From NCBI GenBank assembly GCA_021811185.1, contig JAJZPL010000005.1:42694-106693 (forward strand): 64,000 bases of DNA, written 5' to 3'. Positions 34,199-43,469 of this stretch are shown here, piece after piece. The translations under genes and the position numbers were made by a program. The notes below the pieces were generated by a model. The model ran no database searches. It was not told the DNA's origin and saw only the letters and a list, made by a program, of their open reading frames with translations. The stretch comes from a bacterium (lineage in GTDB: Bacteria > Elusimicrobiota > Elusimicrobia > Elusimicrobiales > UBA9959). Each line of letters starts with the position of its first letter. Within the stretch, counting starts at the first letter, position 1.

Positions 34199-35958
34199 TT
34201 GGTTTTCCCCCCGCGCCGCTGCTCCAGCAGCACCCACAGCAGCTGCACGTCGGCCGGGGTTACCCCCGGGATGCGGCCGGCCTGCGCCAGCGTGAGCGGG
34301 CGGTGCTTCTCCAGCTTGTGGCGCGCCTCGTTGGGCAGCGCCTTCAGCGCGGTATAGTTGAAATCTTCCGGGATGCGCAGGTCCTCAAATTTCTTGAGGT
34401 TCTCGGCGTCCCGGCGGTTGCGCTCGATATACGACGAGTACGACTTCTCGATGGCCGCGGTGGCGCGCGCCCTTTCCGCGGTCCAGGGGCCGGGTGGCAG
34501 CGCTTTGGGTTTGCGCCCCGCCAGGGAGTCTTCGAACGCGGCGCGGTAGGCTTCGAAGTTCGCCTTCAGCGACGGGGCGAGCAGGCCCAGCTCGAAACCT
34601 TTAGCGGCCAGGCGCAGGTCGGCGTTGTCCTGCCGCAGCATCAGGCGGTACTCCGCGCGCGAGGTGAAAATGCGGTAGGGCTCGTCCACGCCCTTGGAGA
34701 CCAGGTCGTCGATCATCACGCCGATGTAAGCCTCGTCCCGGCGCAGCACCAGCGGCTCGCCGCCCAGCGCCTTGCGGGCGGCGTTTACGCCGGCCACCAG
34801 GCCCTGGGCCGCGGCTTCCTCGTAGCCGGTGGTGCCGTTGAGCTGCCCTGCCAGGAACAGGCCCGGCAGCGGGCGGGTTTCCAGCGTGTAGTCCAGCTGC
34901 GAAGGGTCCGAGTAATCGTACTCTATAGCGTAGGCCGGGCGCATGATCTCGGCGTTCTCCAGGCCCGGCACCGAACGGACTATCTCGTGCTGCGTCTCTT
35001 CGGGCAGGCTGGTGGAAAGGCCGTTCGCGTAATACTCTTCGGTCCCGAAGCCTTCCGGCTCCAGGAAAAGGTGGTGCGCGCCGTGGTGCGGGAACTTCAC
35101 GATCTTGTCCTCGATGGACGGGCAGTAGCGCGGGCCGGTGGACTTGATCTTGCCGCTGTAGAGCGGCGAGAGGTGCAGGCCGGCTTTGATCACTTCGGCG
35201 GTGGCGGCGCTGGTGCGGGTGATCCAGCAGGGCAGCAGCCTGGCGGTTATCTTGGCGGTGAAATGCGACATGGGCTCCGGCGGCGAGTCCGGGGCCTGCG
35301 CCTCGCACTTCGAGAAATCTATGCTCCGGGCGTGCAGGCGCATGGGCGTGCCGGTCTTAAGCCGGCCCAGCTTGAAGCCAAGACCTATAAGACCTTTGGA
35401 AAGCTCCTGGCTCGGCGGGTGGTTGTAGCGGCCGCCGGGAAAATTGTCCAGCCCGATATGGATGACGCCGCGCATGAAGGTGCCGGCCGTGATAACCACG
35501 GTTTTGGAAGTATAGCGGGTGCCGCGCAGCGTCGAGACCCCGGCGGCTTTGCTCCCCTTCGTGAGGATAGCCGCGGCTTCGTCCTGCACCAGGCGCAGGT
35601 TCGGTTCAAGCTCCAGCGCATGCTTCATGGCCGCCTGGTAAATTTTCTTGTCGCACTGGGCGCGCGGGGAGCGCACCGCCGCGCCTCTGGAGGTGTTCAG
35701 CATATGGCAGCTCAGCATGGCTAGGTCCGTGACCTTGGCCATTTCCCCGCCCAGCGCGTCCAGCTCGCGCACCAGCTGGCCTTTGCCCACGCCGCCTATG
35801 GAGGGGTTGCAGGACATCTGCGCCACGGTGTCCAGGTCCTGCGTGAGCAACAGCGTCTTCGCGCCCAGGCGCGCGGCCGCCAGCGCGGCCTCGCAGCCGG
35901 CGTGGCCGGCCCCGATCACGATAACGTCGAACTTCTCAGGATAATTGAATGCCGTCAT
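34195..35958 (-). CDS. mnmG: tRNA uridine 5-carboxymethylaminomethyl modification enzyme MnmG
   Basis: FAD motif DVIVIGAGHAGCEAA and family-wide conservation. Confidence 0.95.
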   Translation of the reverse strand: MTAFNYPEKFDVIVIGAGHAGCEAALAAARLGAKTLLLTQDLDTVAQMSCNPSIGGVGKGQLVRELDALGGEMAKVTDLAMLSCHMLNTSRGAAVRSPRAQCDKKIYQAAMKHALELEPNLRLVQDEAAAILTKGSKAAGVSTLRGTRYTSKTVVITAGTFMRGVIHIGLDNFPGGRYNHPPSQELSKGLIGLGFKLGRLKTGTPMRLHARSIDFSKCEAQAPDSPPEPMSHFTAKITARLLPCWITRTSAATAEVIKAGLHLSPLYSGKIKSTGPRYCPSIEDKIVKFPHHGAHHLFLEPEGFGTEEYYANGLSTSLPEETQHEIVRSVPGLENAEIMRPAYAIEYDYSDPSQLDYTLETRPLPGLFLAGQLNGTTGYEEAAAQGLVAGVNAARKALGGEPLVLRRDEAYIGVMIDDLVSKGVDEPYRIFTSRAEYRLMLRQDNADLRLAAKGFELGLLAPSLKANFEAYRAAFEDSLAGRKPKALPPGPWTAERARATAAIEKSYSSYIERNRRDAENLKKFEDLRIPEDFNYTALKALPNEARHKLEKHRPLTLAQAGRIPGVTPADVQLLWVLLEQRRGGKTK

Positions 35959-35967
35959 TTATAAAGC

Positions 35968-36732
35968 CTACATCAGGAGCAGCAGCTGGAACACCTCGGG
36001 CTTTATCACGCCCAGCGTGAGCAGCGAGAAAGCGAAAGCGGCCACGCCCAGCATGGCGGGCAGCAGGGCGGAAAAGGCCCGCGCGCCGGAAAGCCCGGTC
36101 ACCGCGCAGGCCGCCTTAAGCAGCCAGGCCACCGTGACGAAGGCGAAGAGGTATTCGGATACTTTGTAGGCGCCGGTGGAGCCGGCCAGCGCGGCGGCCC
36201 CGCCGGCCAGGTCGGAAAGTATCGTGAAGAGCGAGACCGCGAAGAAGGCCTGCATCAGGCCCAGCCAGGTCTTCCTGTACCACAGCGCGGCCCACACCGA
36301 GAAGCACAGCGTCCCTCCCGCTACTATCCACCCGGCGGCGCCGCCGGCGTGCGAGTTCATGCGGACGATGAAGAAGACCGCGTACGCGCCTACTCCGGCC
36401 AGCGGCAGCGGGGCGCGCAGCATCAGCCGCCCGGACTTGAGCAGCGAGGAGAAGTCGGAGAGCAGCGCGCAGAAGAAAAAGGCGAAGCCCAGCCCGCCGG
36501 CGAGCCCCGCGGCGAGGTAGCTGGAGAACCCCAGGCCGGACGGCGCCGGGAGGTCGGAGGAGGCCGCCGCCATGAAGTCCGCCGGCACCAGGCTCAGCAG
36601 CAGGGCCGAGGAAAGGGTGGAGACCGCGAACAGCGCGAGCGGCCAGGCCCAGCCTGTCTTTCCCTCCGCTATGGCGGCGAAGGTCTCGGCGGGCTGCAGC
36701 AGGAGTTTAACCGGAAAAGAATCTTTTATCAT
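35968..36732 (-). CDS. Yip1-like integral membrane protein
   Basis: 254 aa with 5-6 TM segments, N-terminus resembling the Yip1 domain. Inserted between mnmE and mnmG. Confidence 0.65.
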   Translation of the reverse strand: MIKDSFPVKLLLQPAETFAAIAEGKTGWAWPLALFAVSTLSSALLLSLVPADFMAAASSDLPAPSGLGFSSYLAAGLAGGLGFAFFFCALLSDFSSLLKSGRLMLRAPLPLAGVGAYAVFFIVRMNSHAGGAAGWIVAGGTLCFSVWAALWYRKTWLGLMQAFFAVSLFTILSDLAGGAAALAGSTGAYKVSEYLFAFVTVAWLLKAACAVTGLSGARAFSALLPAMLGVAAFAFSLLTLGVIKPEVFQLLLLM

Positions 36733-36736
36733 AAGC

Positions 36737-38101
36737 CTATTTTCCTACGCAGAAATTGGCGAAGATGCCGGCCAGGACTTCTTCCGGCGCGGTCTCGCCG
36801 AGGATCGAGGAGAGCGCCGCGAGCGCGCCCCGCAAATGTTCTGCGCCCAGCTCCAGCGCGGGCGCGGGGCCCTTCATCATTTTCTCCAGCCGCGTCAGTT
36901 CGCCGGCGGCTTCGGCGAGCGCGGCGTAATGCCGGGCGGAAGTAACCACGGCCTGGGCGCTGTCGCGGAAAACTTTTTTCTGCTGCGCGATAAGCAGGTT
37001 CTTAAGGGGCGCCAGGCCGCGCCCCGTCTTGGCTGAAACGCTCAGGCCGGCGGCCGCCGCGCGCTTGGGCGGCAGGTCGGCCTTGTTCAGCACCCTGATC
37101 ACTTTCGCCGAGGCGGCCAGGCGGGCGGTTTCCCGCTCGGCGCGCAGGTCGCTGGGCGTTTCGGCTATGGAGCCGTCCTTCACCAGGATAATGGCGTCGG
37201 CCCGGCTGATGGCCTTTTCCGCGCGGCGCATGCCCGCCTTCTCCAGCGCGGAGGCGGCCCTGGCGTTGAGGCCCGCCGTGTCGGTGAAAATAACGGAGAA
37301 GCCGTCCACGTCGAGTTCGGCCTCCAGCGTGTCGCGCGTGGTGCCGGCCTGGCGCGAGACCAGCGCGCGGTCGTAGCCCAGCAGCGCGTTAAGGAGCGAG
37401 GACTTGCCGGAGTTGGGCGCGCCGGTTATGACCACCCTTACGCCCTCTTTAATGCCGCGCCCGGCTTCGAAGCCGCCGGCCAGCTCCAGCGCGCGCTCCC
37501 TGGCCGCCGCGGCGCGGGAGGCGAAATCTTTTAGTTCCAGCGCGGGGATCTCCTCGTAGGAATCGTCCAGGCGGGCTTCCAGCCGCGCCAGCAGGTCCAC
37601 TATTTCCGTCCTTATCCCGGCTACCCTCGCCGAGATTGCGCCTTCCACCTGGCTGAGGGCGGCGCGGTGGGCTCCGGCGGAACCGGCTTCGATAAGTTCC
37701 CCCACCGCTTCGGCCTGGGCCAGGTCCAGCTTGCCGTTGAGGAAGGCCCGCAGCGTGAATTCGCCCGGCCCGGCAAGCCTGGCGCCGCCGCGGATGGCTA
37801 AATTGAGTATGGTCCGGATAATGTAAGGCGACCCGTGGCAGGAGATCTCCACGGTATCGTCCCCGGTGTAGCTGCCGGGGCCCTTGAAGAAAACGACTAC
37901 GGCCCTGTCCACCAGGGCCTTGCCGTCGAAAATGGAAAGGAGCCTGGCCGTCCTGCGCCCGTGGTCGCCGGGAACCGGCTGAAGGAAGGACGAAGCGATG
38001 GCGAAGGCTTTGGGCCCGGACAGGCGCAGCACCGCCAGCGCGCCCGCGCCCGGTGGCGTGGCCTGCGCGGCGATGGTGTCCTTTGTTCCCGGGAGTTTCA
38101 T
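36737..38101 (-). CDS. mnmE: tRNA modification GTPase MnmE
   Basis: G1 motif GAPNSGKSSLLNAL and C-terminal CVGK. Confidence 0.95.
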   Translation of the reverse strand: MKLPGTKDTIAAQATPPGAGALAVLRLSGPKAFAIASSFLQPVPGDHGRRTARLLSIFDGKALVDRAVVVFFKGPGSYTGDDTVEISCHGSPYIIRTILNLAIRGGARLAGPGEFTLRAFLNGKLDLAQAEAVGELIEAGSAGAHRAALSQVEGAISARVAGIRTEIVDLLARLEARLDDSYEEIPALELKDFASRAAAARERALELAGGFEAGRGIKEGVRVVITGAPNSGKSSLLNALLGYDRALVSRQAGTTRDTLEAELDVDGFSVIFTDTAGLNARAASALEKAGMRRAEKAISRADAIILVKDGSIAETPSDLRAERETARLAASAKVIRVLNKADLPPKRAAAAGLSVSAKTGRGLAPLKNLLIAQQKKVFRDSAQAVVTSARHYAALAEAAGELTRLEKMMKGPAPALELGAEHLRGALAALSSILGETAPEEVLAGIFANFCVGK

Positions 38102-38169
38102 TCTTTGCTCTCAAAAAACGAACGGCGTGACAGCGCTAGCGCCGTCACGCCGGTTCGATAGACGGCTAT

Positions 38170-39279
38170 TTACTTCTGCTCGGTCGTCTGTTCCGCCGGC
38201 TGGGCGGCTTCCGCGGGCTGAGCGGCCTCTACAGGCTGGGCAGCTTCAGCAGGCTGCGCGGCTTCAGCAGGCTGCGCGGCTTCGACGGGCTGCTCCGCCG
38301 GCTTGTTCAACTGGCTGATCACCACTTTGCGCCAGCGGCCTTCTCCGGCGGAGGCGGTCTCCATGTCGGGGTAGGTCGTCTTGATGATATTGTGCACGAT
38401 CTTGCGCATCGAGGCTGGCATAGGGTCCAGGCTGTAGGGCCTGTTGTTGGCCTTTACTTCCTTGACCGCTTCTTCCACGCGCTGCGCTATTTCCTTCTCC
38501 TTGCTGTCCCAGTAACCGCCGGTGTCCAGGCGCAGGGCCAGGTGCGGCTCGCGCTTGCGGCTTACTATGGAGTTAAGCAGGAACTGGAGCGCCTGCAGGC
38601 CGCGACCGTTCTCGGCGGTGAAAGAGGCCGAGTCGGGGCAGTCGAAGCGGATGAACAGCAGGTTCTCGGCCTGGTCCAGCCTGGCTTCGGTCACGGTGCC
38701 CTGCATGCCCATCAGCGAGAGGATCTTGAGCAGCGCGGTCTTTACGTGCTCGATAGGGTCCTGCGCGGGCTGCATGTTGATGTATTCGGGAGCGAGGGGC
38801 TCTTCCTTATAGACGCGGTCCGAGCGGTCCATCCGGGGCCGGTCGTCGCGCGAGGGGCGCCTGTTCTCGTACTGGCCCTCGGACGGGCGGGTTTCTTCCG
38901 GGGGCGGAAGCCTGGCGTCTTCGTAGCCGTACCTGCCGGGCCGCCTGGGGGCCGCGCTGCTGGAGCGGCTTTCGCCGCCGCCGCGGGAACCGCCGCGGCC
39001 GCCGCCTCTGCCTTCCCTGCTGCCGCCGCGGGAACCGCCGCGGCCGCCTCTGCTGTCCCTGCCGCCGCGGGAGCCGCCGCCGCGGGGTTCGTCGCCGCCG
39101 CTGGTCCAGCGCTTTTCCCTTAAAATAACGCACGCTTTCTTGGCGCCGAAGCCGAGGAAGCCGCTTTTGCCTTCGCTGACTACAACCACTTCAACCTGGT
39201 CGCGCCGGAGGCCCATCTCGGTGAGGCCCTTTTCAACGGCGTCCTGTATCGTTTTAGCTTCTGTCTTTGTCTCTCTCAT
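38170..39279 (-). CDS. khpB: Jag/KhpB-type RNA-binding protein (Jag_N, KH, R3H) with an RGG-rich linker and a C-terminal hexapeptide repeat tail
   Basis: N-terminal TIQDAVEKGLTEMG, C-terminal R3H-like SMRKIVHNI. Trimmed from 39435 to the ATG at 39279, preceded by GAGGAG. Confidence 0.83.
   Translation of the reverse strand: MRETKTEAKTIQDAVEKGLTEMGLRRDQVEVVVVSEGKSGFLGFGAKKACVILREKRWTSGGDEPRGGGSRGGRDSRGGRGGSRGGSREGRGGGRGGSRGGGESRSSSAAPRRPGRYGYEDARLPPPEETRPSEGQYENRRPSRDDRPRMDRSDRVYKEEPLAPEYINMQPAQDPIEHVKTALLKILSLMGMQGTVTEARLDQAENLLFIRFDCPDSASFTAENGRGLQALQFLLNSIVSRKREPHLALRLDTGGYWDSKEKEIAQRVEEAVKEVKANNRPYSLDPMPASMRKIVHNIIKTTYPDMETASAGEGRWRKVVISQLNKPAEQPVEAAQPAEAAQPAEAAQPVEAAQPAEAAQPAEQTTEQK
38198..38305. 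repeat. In-frame 18-bp tandem repeat (5 good copies plus 1 degenerate)
   Basis: ggctgNgcNgcttcNgcN units at 38198, 38216, 38234, 38252 and 38270, with a degenerate copy at 38288. Encodes (PAEAAQ/PVEAAQ)n at the KhpB C-terminus. Confidence 0.85.
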
Positions 39280-39311
39280 TTTTTTGTCTCCTCTGAATGT
39301 GCGTAAGAATG

Positions 39312-40865
39312 TTACGCCATTTTTTTCTGCAGGTACATGCTCTGGGCGAAGCCCCACGTGCTGTTGATCAGCCAGTAAAGCACCAGGCCCGACGGGAAGG
39401 TTAGGAACATGAAGGTGAAGATGACCGGCATCCACTTCATCATGGCCGCCTGCGAGGGGTCGGAGGTCTGCGGGTTCATGTGCTGCTGAAGGAACATAAT
39501 TCCCCCCATTACGAGCGGCAGCACATAGAACGGGTCTTTAGCCGAGAGGTCCTTTATCCAGAAAACGAAGGGCGCGCCGTGCAGGGGCCAGGAGTTCCTG
39601 AGCGCCGTGAACAGCGAGAAGAAAACGGGGATCTGAAGGAGCATCGGCAGACAGCCGCCGAGCGGGTTGGTGCCGTGGCGCTTGTAGAGGTCCATGACCT
39701 CCTGGTTCATGCGCTTGGGGTCGTCCTTGTATTTCTTCTGGATGGCCTGCATCTCGGGCTGGATCTTCTTCATCACGGCCATGGCCTTGAAGCTCTTGAA
39801 GCTGAGCGGGGTGAGGATGAGCTGGATCAGCAGGCTCAGGATGACGATGGACACGCCGTAGTTGCCGGTGTGCTTGTAGAAAAAGCCCAGCGCGGAGTCG
39901 GCGAGTTTGGCCAGCGGGGCGAAGAAGCCGAAGTCCACCGCGCGGTCGAGGCCCATGCCGAGCTTCTTGAGCAGGGAATAGTCCTTGGGCCCGAGGTAGA
40001 AAGAGGAAGTCCAGACGCGCCTGGCGCCGGCGGCCAGCTCCACGCCGGGCATCGGGACCACCAGCATGGGGGTCTTGGCGTTCTCGCCCACTTTCTCCAG
40101 CCGCCGGAGCGGCCGGGTGTTCTGGAAGTCGGAATTCACCAGGGCCGCCAGGAAATAGCGGTTGTTCATGCCGGTCCAGACCCAGTCGAACTGGGCGGGC
40201 TCGTCCTTGAGCTCCTTAATGGTGGGGTGCTTGCGGCCGGTTTCGTTGTAGGTGTAGTCGGCTTTGCAGAGCTTGGCGTTCTCTTTCATTTCGCTCTGCG
40301 CCGTGCCCAGGCCGGGGCCCACGCGCAGTTCCCACGGCGCCAGCGTCTGGGTTTTGCCGGAGGTGTTAACCGCGGTTATCTCTATCGAATTTATGGTGTT
40401 GTCTTTGGAGAGGGTGAACTTCTTGGTGAACTGCACCGCGCCCTGTTTGGAGACGAACTCCACGGAGTCTTCCGTTTTAGCCTTAAGGGCGAACTTGCCG
40501 GGCAGCGTGGCGTAGAAGAAGCCGCGGGCGGGGTCCGGTACCAGTTCGATCGGGGCCACCGGGCCTTCGTAAACGGCGCTGGCCAGGGAGGCCTCGCTGG
40601 TGAGGAAGGTGTATTCGGCTTTGCCGGCCTTAAGGGTTACGGAATCTTTTTTCCAGTTTTCGGGGAGGGCCTGCGGTTCGGCCTGCGCGCCGTTGGCTGC
40701 GGCGGCGGTCTGCGCGGCGGCTGCCTGCGCGGTGTTGGCCTGGGCGGCTTGGGCCGCCTGTTCGGTCTGGGCCTTCTGCGGCTGGATCTTTTTCTCCATG
40801 AAGGAGTACCAGCCGATGTAGACCAGCGAGGAAAGGACGACCGCAAGTATTAAGTTCTTCTGCAT
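39312..40865 (-). CDS. yidC: Membrane protein insertase YidC (long diderm form)
   Basis: N-terminal TM, large periplasmic domain, conserved C-terminal core (LPMLLQIPVFFSLF). Confidence 0.93.
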   Translation of the reverse strand: MQKNLILAVVLSSLVYIGWYSFMEKKIQPQKAQTEQAAQAAQANTAQAAAAQTAAAANGAQAEPQALPENWKKDSVTLKAGKAEYTFLTSEASLASAVYEGPVAPIELVPDPARGFFYATLPGKFALKAKTEDSVEFVSKQGAVQFTKKFTLSKDNTINSIEITAVNTSGKTQTLAPWELRVGPGLGTAQSEMKENAKLCKADYTYNETGRKHPTIKELKDEPAQFDWVWTGMNNRYFLAALVNSDFQNTRPLRRLEKVGENAKTPMLVVPMPGVELAAGARRVWTSSFYLGPKDYSLLKKLGMGLDRAVDFGFFAPLAKLADSALGFFYKHTGNYGVSIVILSLLIQLILTPLSFKSFKAMAVMKKIQPEMQAIQKKYKDDPKRMNQEVMDLYKRHGTNPLGGCLPMLLQIPVFFSLFTALRNSWPLHGAPFVFWIKDLSAKDPFYVLPLVMGGIMFLQQHMNPQTSDPSQAAMMKWMPVIFTFMFLTFPSGLVLYWLINSTWGFAQSMYLQKKMA

Positions 40866-40949
40866 TTAACCTCCCGCGATATTGACGGAAGGCTTCCAGC
40901 CTATGGCTGTTTCGTCCCGGGGTTCAGCCCCGCGGGGACGGACAAGGAG

Positions 40950-41195
40950 CTATTCAGGTACCGGGTCGTAACCGCCCGGCGAGAAAGGACGACAACGGGA
41001 CAGCCGGCTTGCGGCCAGTCTGCCCCCTTTCAAAATCCCGTGTTTTTCCAGCGCGTGGAACGCGTACTCGGAACAGGACGGAGTATACCTGCAGGTGCCT
41101 GGCCCTAGGGCCGGTCTGAAAGTCCTGTACGCCGAGCGCAGCGTCAGCAGCGCAAGTGATTTAAGATTTTTTGTGCCGGTGTTATTTACCGTCAT
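40950..41195 (-). CDS. yidD: Membrane protein insertion efficiency factor YidD
   Basis: CRYTPSCSEYA motif. Overlaps the rnpA stop. Confidence 0.85.
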   Translation of the reverse strand: MTVNNTGTKNLKSLALLTLRSAYRTFRPALGPGTCRYTPSCSEYAFHALEKHGILKGGRLAASRLSRCRPFSPGGYDPVPE

Positions 41196-41541
41196 CGTTA
41201 AGGCGCGCCTTTTGCCGGAGCGTATCCAGCGCTTGCCGGGCCTGGGCCATGGTCTTCACGGCGCAGCCCGCCTTCGGGTAGATGATGAGGCGCGTGCCTT
41301 CCTTTAACTCAGTACTGCTGGTCCTGAAAGCTTCCCTTAGAAGCCTCTTTAACCTGTTTCTGCGAACGGCGTTCCCGGTCTTCTTGGAGACCATCAGGCC
41401 GATCTTTTTCCCTTTTCCCCCTCCGGGAGCGTCCCAGGCCACAAGGTCCCTGGTGACTGTCTTCCTCCCGGCCGCGAAAACCGCCTCAAATTCTTTTTTG
41501 AGGCGCAATCGTGAAGCTCTTGAAAAGGCGAACTCTTTCAC
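41182..41541 (-). CDS. rnpA: Ribonuclease P protein component
   Basis: RNR-like basic motif (RRNRLKRLLREAFR) and position after rpmH. Confidence 0.87.
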   Translation of the reverse strand: MKEFAFSRASRLRLKKEFEAVFAAGRKTVTRDLVAWDAPGGGKGKKIGLMVSKKTGNAVRRNRLKRLLREAFRTSSTELKEGTRLIIYPKAGCAVKTMAQARQALDTLRQKARLNDDGK

Positions 41542-41557
41542 TTATCCCGCGAAAGGC

Positions 41558-41722
41558 TTACTGTCTGGCCTGTTTCGTCGTCGGAATGTCGGGTATGAGT
41601 TCCCAGCGGCCTTTGGCGCGCCTGCGGGCGAGAGTCTTCCTGCCGCCGGCAGTTTTCATTTTGGCCCTGAAGCCAAGGTGCTTTTTGCGTTTGCGTACGT
41701 TTGGTCTGTATGTAGGTAGCAT
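41558..41722 (-). CDS. rpmH: 50S ribosomal protein L34 (54 aa, with a short C-terminal extension)
   Basis: Read by eye: [54 protein letters not shown]. Below the track length cutoff. Confidence 0.88.
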   Translation of the reverse strand: MLPTYRPNVRKRKKHLGFRAKMKTAGGRKTLARRRAKGRWELIPDIPTTKQARQ

Positions 41723-41868
41723 AATGGTTTAATTATATAAATTAAGCCGGTAAAAAGCAAAGAAAATGAGGTTTGTTCGGCAAATATCGCTGAGCCGCAT
41801 AAGGCTTTATTCTTAATAGTTTACAAAATACGGAAAACAAGCGGCAATAAGCGGAGGCTCCCGGGGAT

Positions 41869-42516
41869 ATGTTTTGTAAAATATGGGGAATGATATTCTG
41901 CGATTACGGGATAGTGCTGCAGCGGAGGCCGCTGCGCGAGAACGACCGGATTGTGACGGTGTTCACGCTGGAGCACGGCAAGTTCGAGGTGAACTTCAAG
42001 GGCGTGCGCCTGGCCAAGGGCAAGCTGCGCGCGCTCAGCGAAGCCGTCACCTGGGGCGATTACCGCTTCTTCCTTAAGAAGGGCTCCAACTTCCCCGTGT
42101 GCACCGGCGGGCGCTCGCTGAACGTGTTCGCCAATATCCGCAAGGACCTCGAGAGCCTGTACCTGGCCATGCATTACTGCGAGGTGGTGAACCGCCTCAC
42201 CGCGGCGCAGAGCCCCAACCCCGAAAAATACGAGCTGCTGCTGGGCGCGCTGATCGACCTGGACGCCAACGGCACGGCCTTCTGGCTGCGCCGCGCCTTC
42301 ACGCTGCGCGTGCTGGAAGCCGCCGGCTTCGGCTTCCGTGAGACCGCCGCCGGGCCCGAGATGGAATTGTGGGAAACCCTGCACGCAGGTTCCTGGCGGG
42401 CCGTGCGCGACCTTATCCCGGACGAGGCCACCGCGGCTTTCGTGGACGGGCTGTTCGCCCGGTTCTTCACCGAACAGATCGGCATAGACCTGCGTACGCT
42501 GCCTTTCGTTAAATAG
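41869..42516 (+). CDS. recO: DNA repair protein RecO
   Basis: N-terminal OB-fold pattern (GIVLQRRPLRENDRIVTVFT). The start may be the ATG at 41890. Confidence 0.82.
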   Translation: MFCKIWGMIFCDYGIVLQRRPLRENDRIVTVFTLEHGKFEVNFKGVRLAKGKLRALSEAVTWGDYRFFLKKGSNFPVCTGGRSLNVFANIRKDLESLYLAMHYCEVVNRLTAAQSPNPEKYELLLGALIDLDANGTAFWLRRAFTLRVLEAAGFGFRETAAGPEMELWETLHAGSWRAVRDLIPDEATAAFVDGLFARFFTEQIGIDLRTLPFVK

Positions 42517-42596
42517 TTTTCCGCGGCAAGGCTTTCCCTCCCCTAAATAGGTATAATATTTTTAAATAAGCGGGCCGCTGCCCGACGGAGGTTACT

Positions 42597-43469
42597 GTGA
42601 ATTTTCAGGACATCATCATGAAGTTGGACCAGTACTGGGCCAAGCAGGGCTGCGCCATCATCCAGCCTTACGACCTCGAGAAGGGCGCGGGCACTTTCAA
42701 CCCGGCCACCTTCTTCGGCTCGCTCACTTCCAAGCCCACCAGCGTGGCCTACGTGGAGCCCTGCCGCCGCCCCGCCGACGGGCGCTACGGCCAGAACCCC
42801 AACCGCAACGGCAAATATTACCAGTACCAGGTCATCATAAAGCCGCCGCTCGAAAACATTCAGCAGGTCTACCTGGCCTCCCTCAAGGCCGTGGGCCTGG
42901 ACCACACCGAGCACGACATCCGCTGGATAGAGGACGACTGGGAATCCCCCACCCTGGGCGCCTCCGGCGTGGGCTGGGAAGTGTGGATGGACGGCATGGA
43001 AGTCACGCAGTTCACCTATTTCCAGCAGATGGCCGGCTTCGAGCTGAACCCCATAGCGGTGGAGATCACCTACGGCCTGGAGCGCCTGGCCATGTTCGTG
43101 CAGAAGAAGAAGAGCATTTCCTCCATCATGTGGACCGACCGCCTCACTTACGGCGAGGTGTACAAGAACCAGGAAGAGCAGTTCTCCCATTACAACTTCG
43201 AAGAGGCCGACGTGCAGAACCTGCGCGCGGACTTCGACCACTGGGAAAAGGAAGTGCGGCGCGTGGCGGCCAAGGGCTACTATCTGCCCGCCTTCGACCT
43301 GGTTATGAAGTGCTCGCAGAACTTCAACCTGCTCGACGCGCGCGGCGCCATCTCGGTGTCCGAGCGCGCGGTGCTTATCAAGCGCATCCGCGACATGGCC
43401 AAGGCCTGCGCCGTGTCCTACGTAGAGACCAACGAACCTTCCGGGAAGAAGGAGCCCTCCAATGTCTAA
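42597..43469 (+). CDS. glyQ: Glycine--tRNA ligase alpha subunit
   Basis: FQDIIMKLDQYWAKQGC. GTG start preceded by GGAGG. Confidence 0.95.
   Translation: MNFQDIIMKLDQYWAKQGCAIIQPYDLEKGAGTFNPATFFGSLTSKPTSVAYVEPCRRPADGRYGQNPNRNGKYYQYQVIIKPPLENIQQVYLASLKAVGLDHTEHDIRWIEDDWESPTLGASGVGWEVWMDGMEVTQFTYFQQMAGFELNPIAVEITYGLERLAMFVQKKKSISSIMWTDRLTYGEVYKNQEEQFSHYNFEEADVQNLRADFDHWEKEVRRVAAKGYYLPAFDLVMKCSQNFNLLDARGAISVSERAVLIKRIRDMAKACAVSYVETNEPSGKKEPSNV

Noticed and set aside
38198-38305. 18-bp tandem repeats considered as a CRISPR-like or non-coding VNTR array
   Set aside because: The repeats are contiguous with no spacers, are in frame, and translate to a PAEAAQ hexapeptide tail of KhpB. This is a coding low-complexity repeat.
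41723-41868. The rpmH-recO intergenic spacer as oriC itself
   Set aside because: It is AT-rich and sits at the strand switch. However, it is only 146 bp and I found no TTATCCACA/TGTGGATAA-like DnaA boxes on either strand, so I report only the orientation switch, not an origin call.
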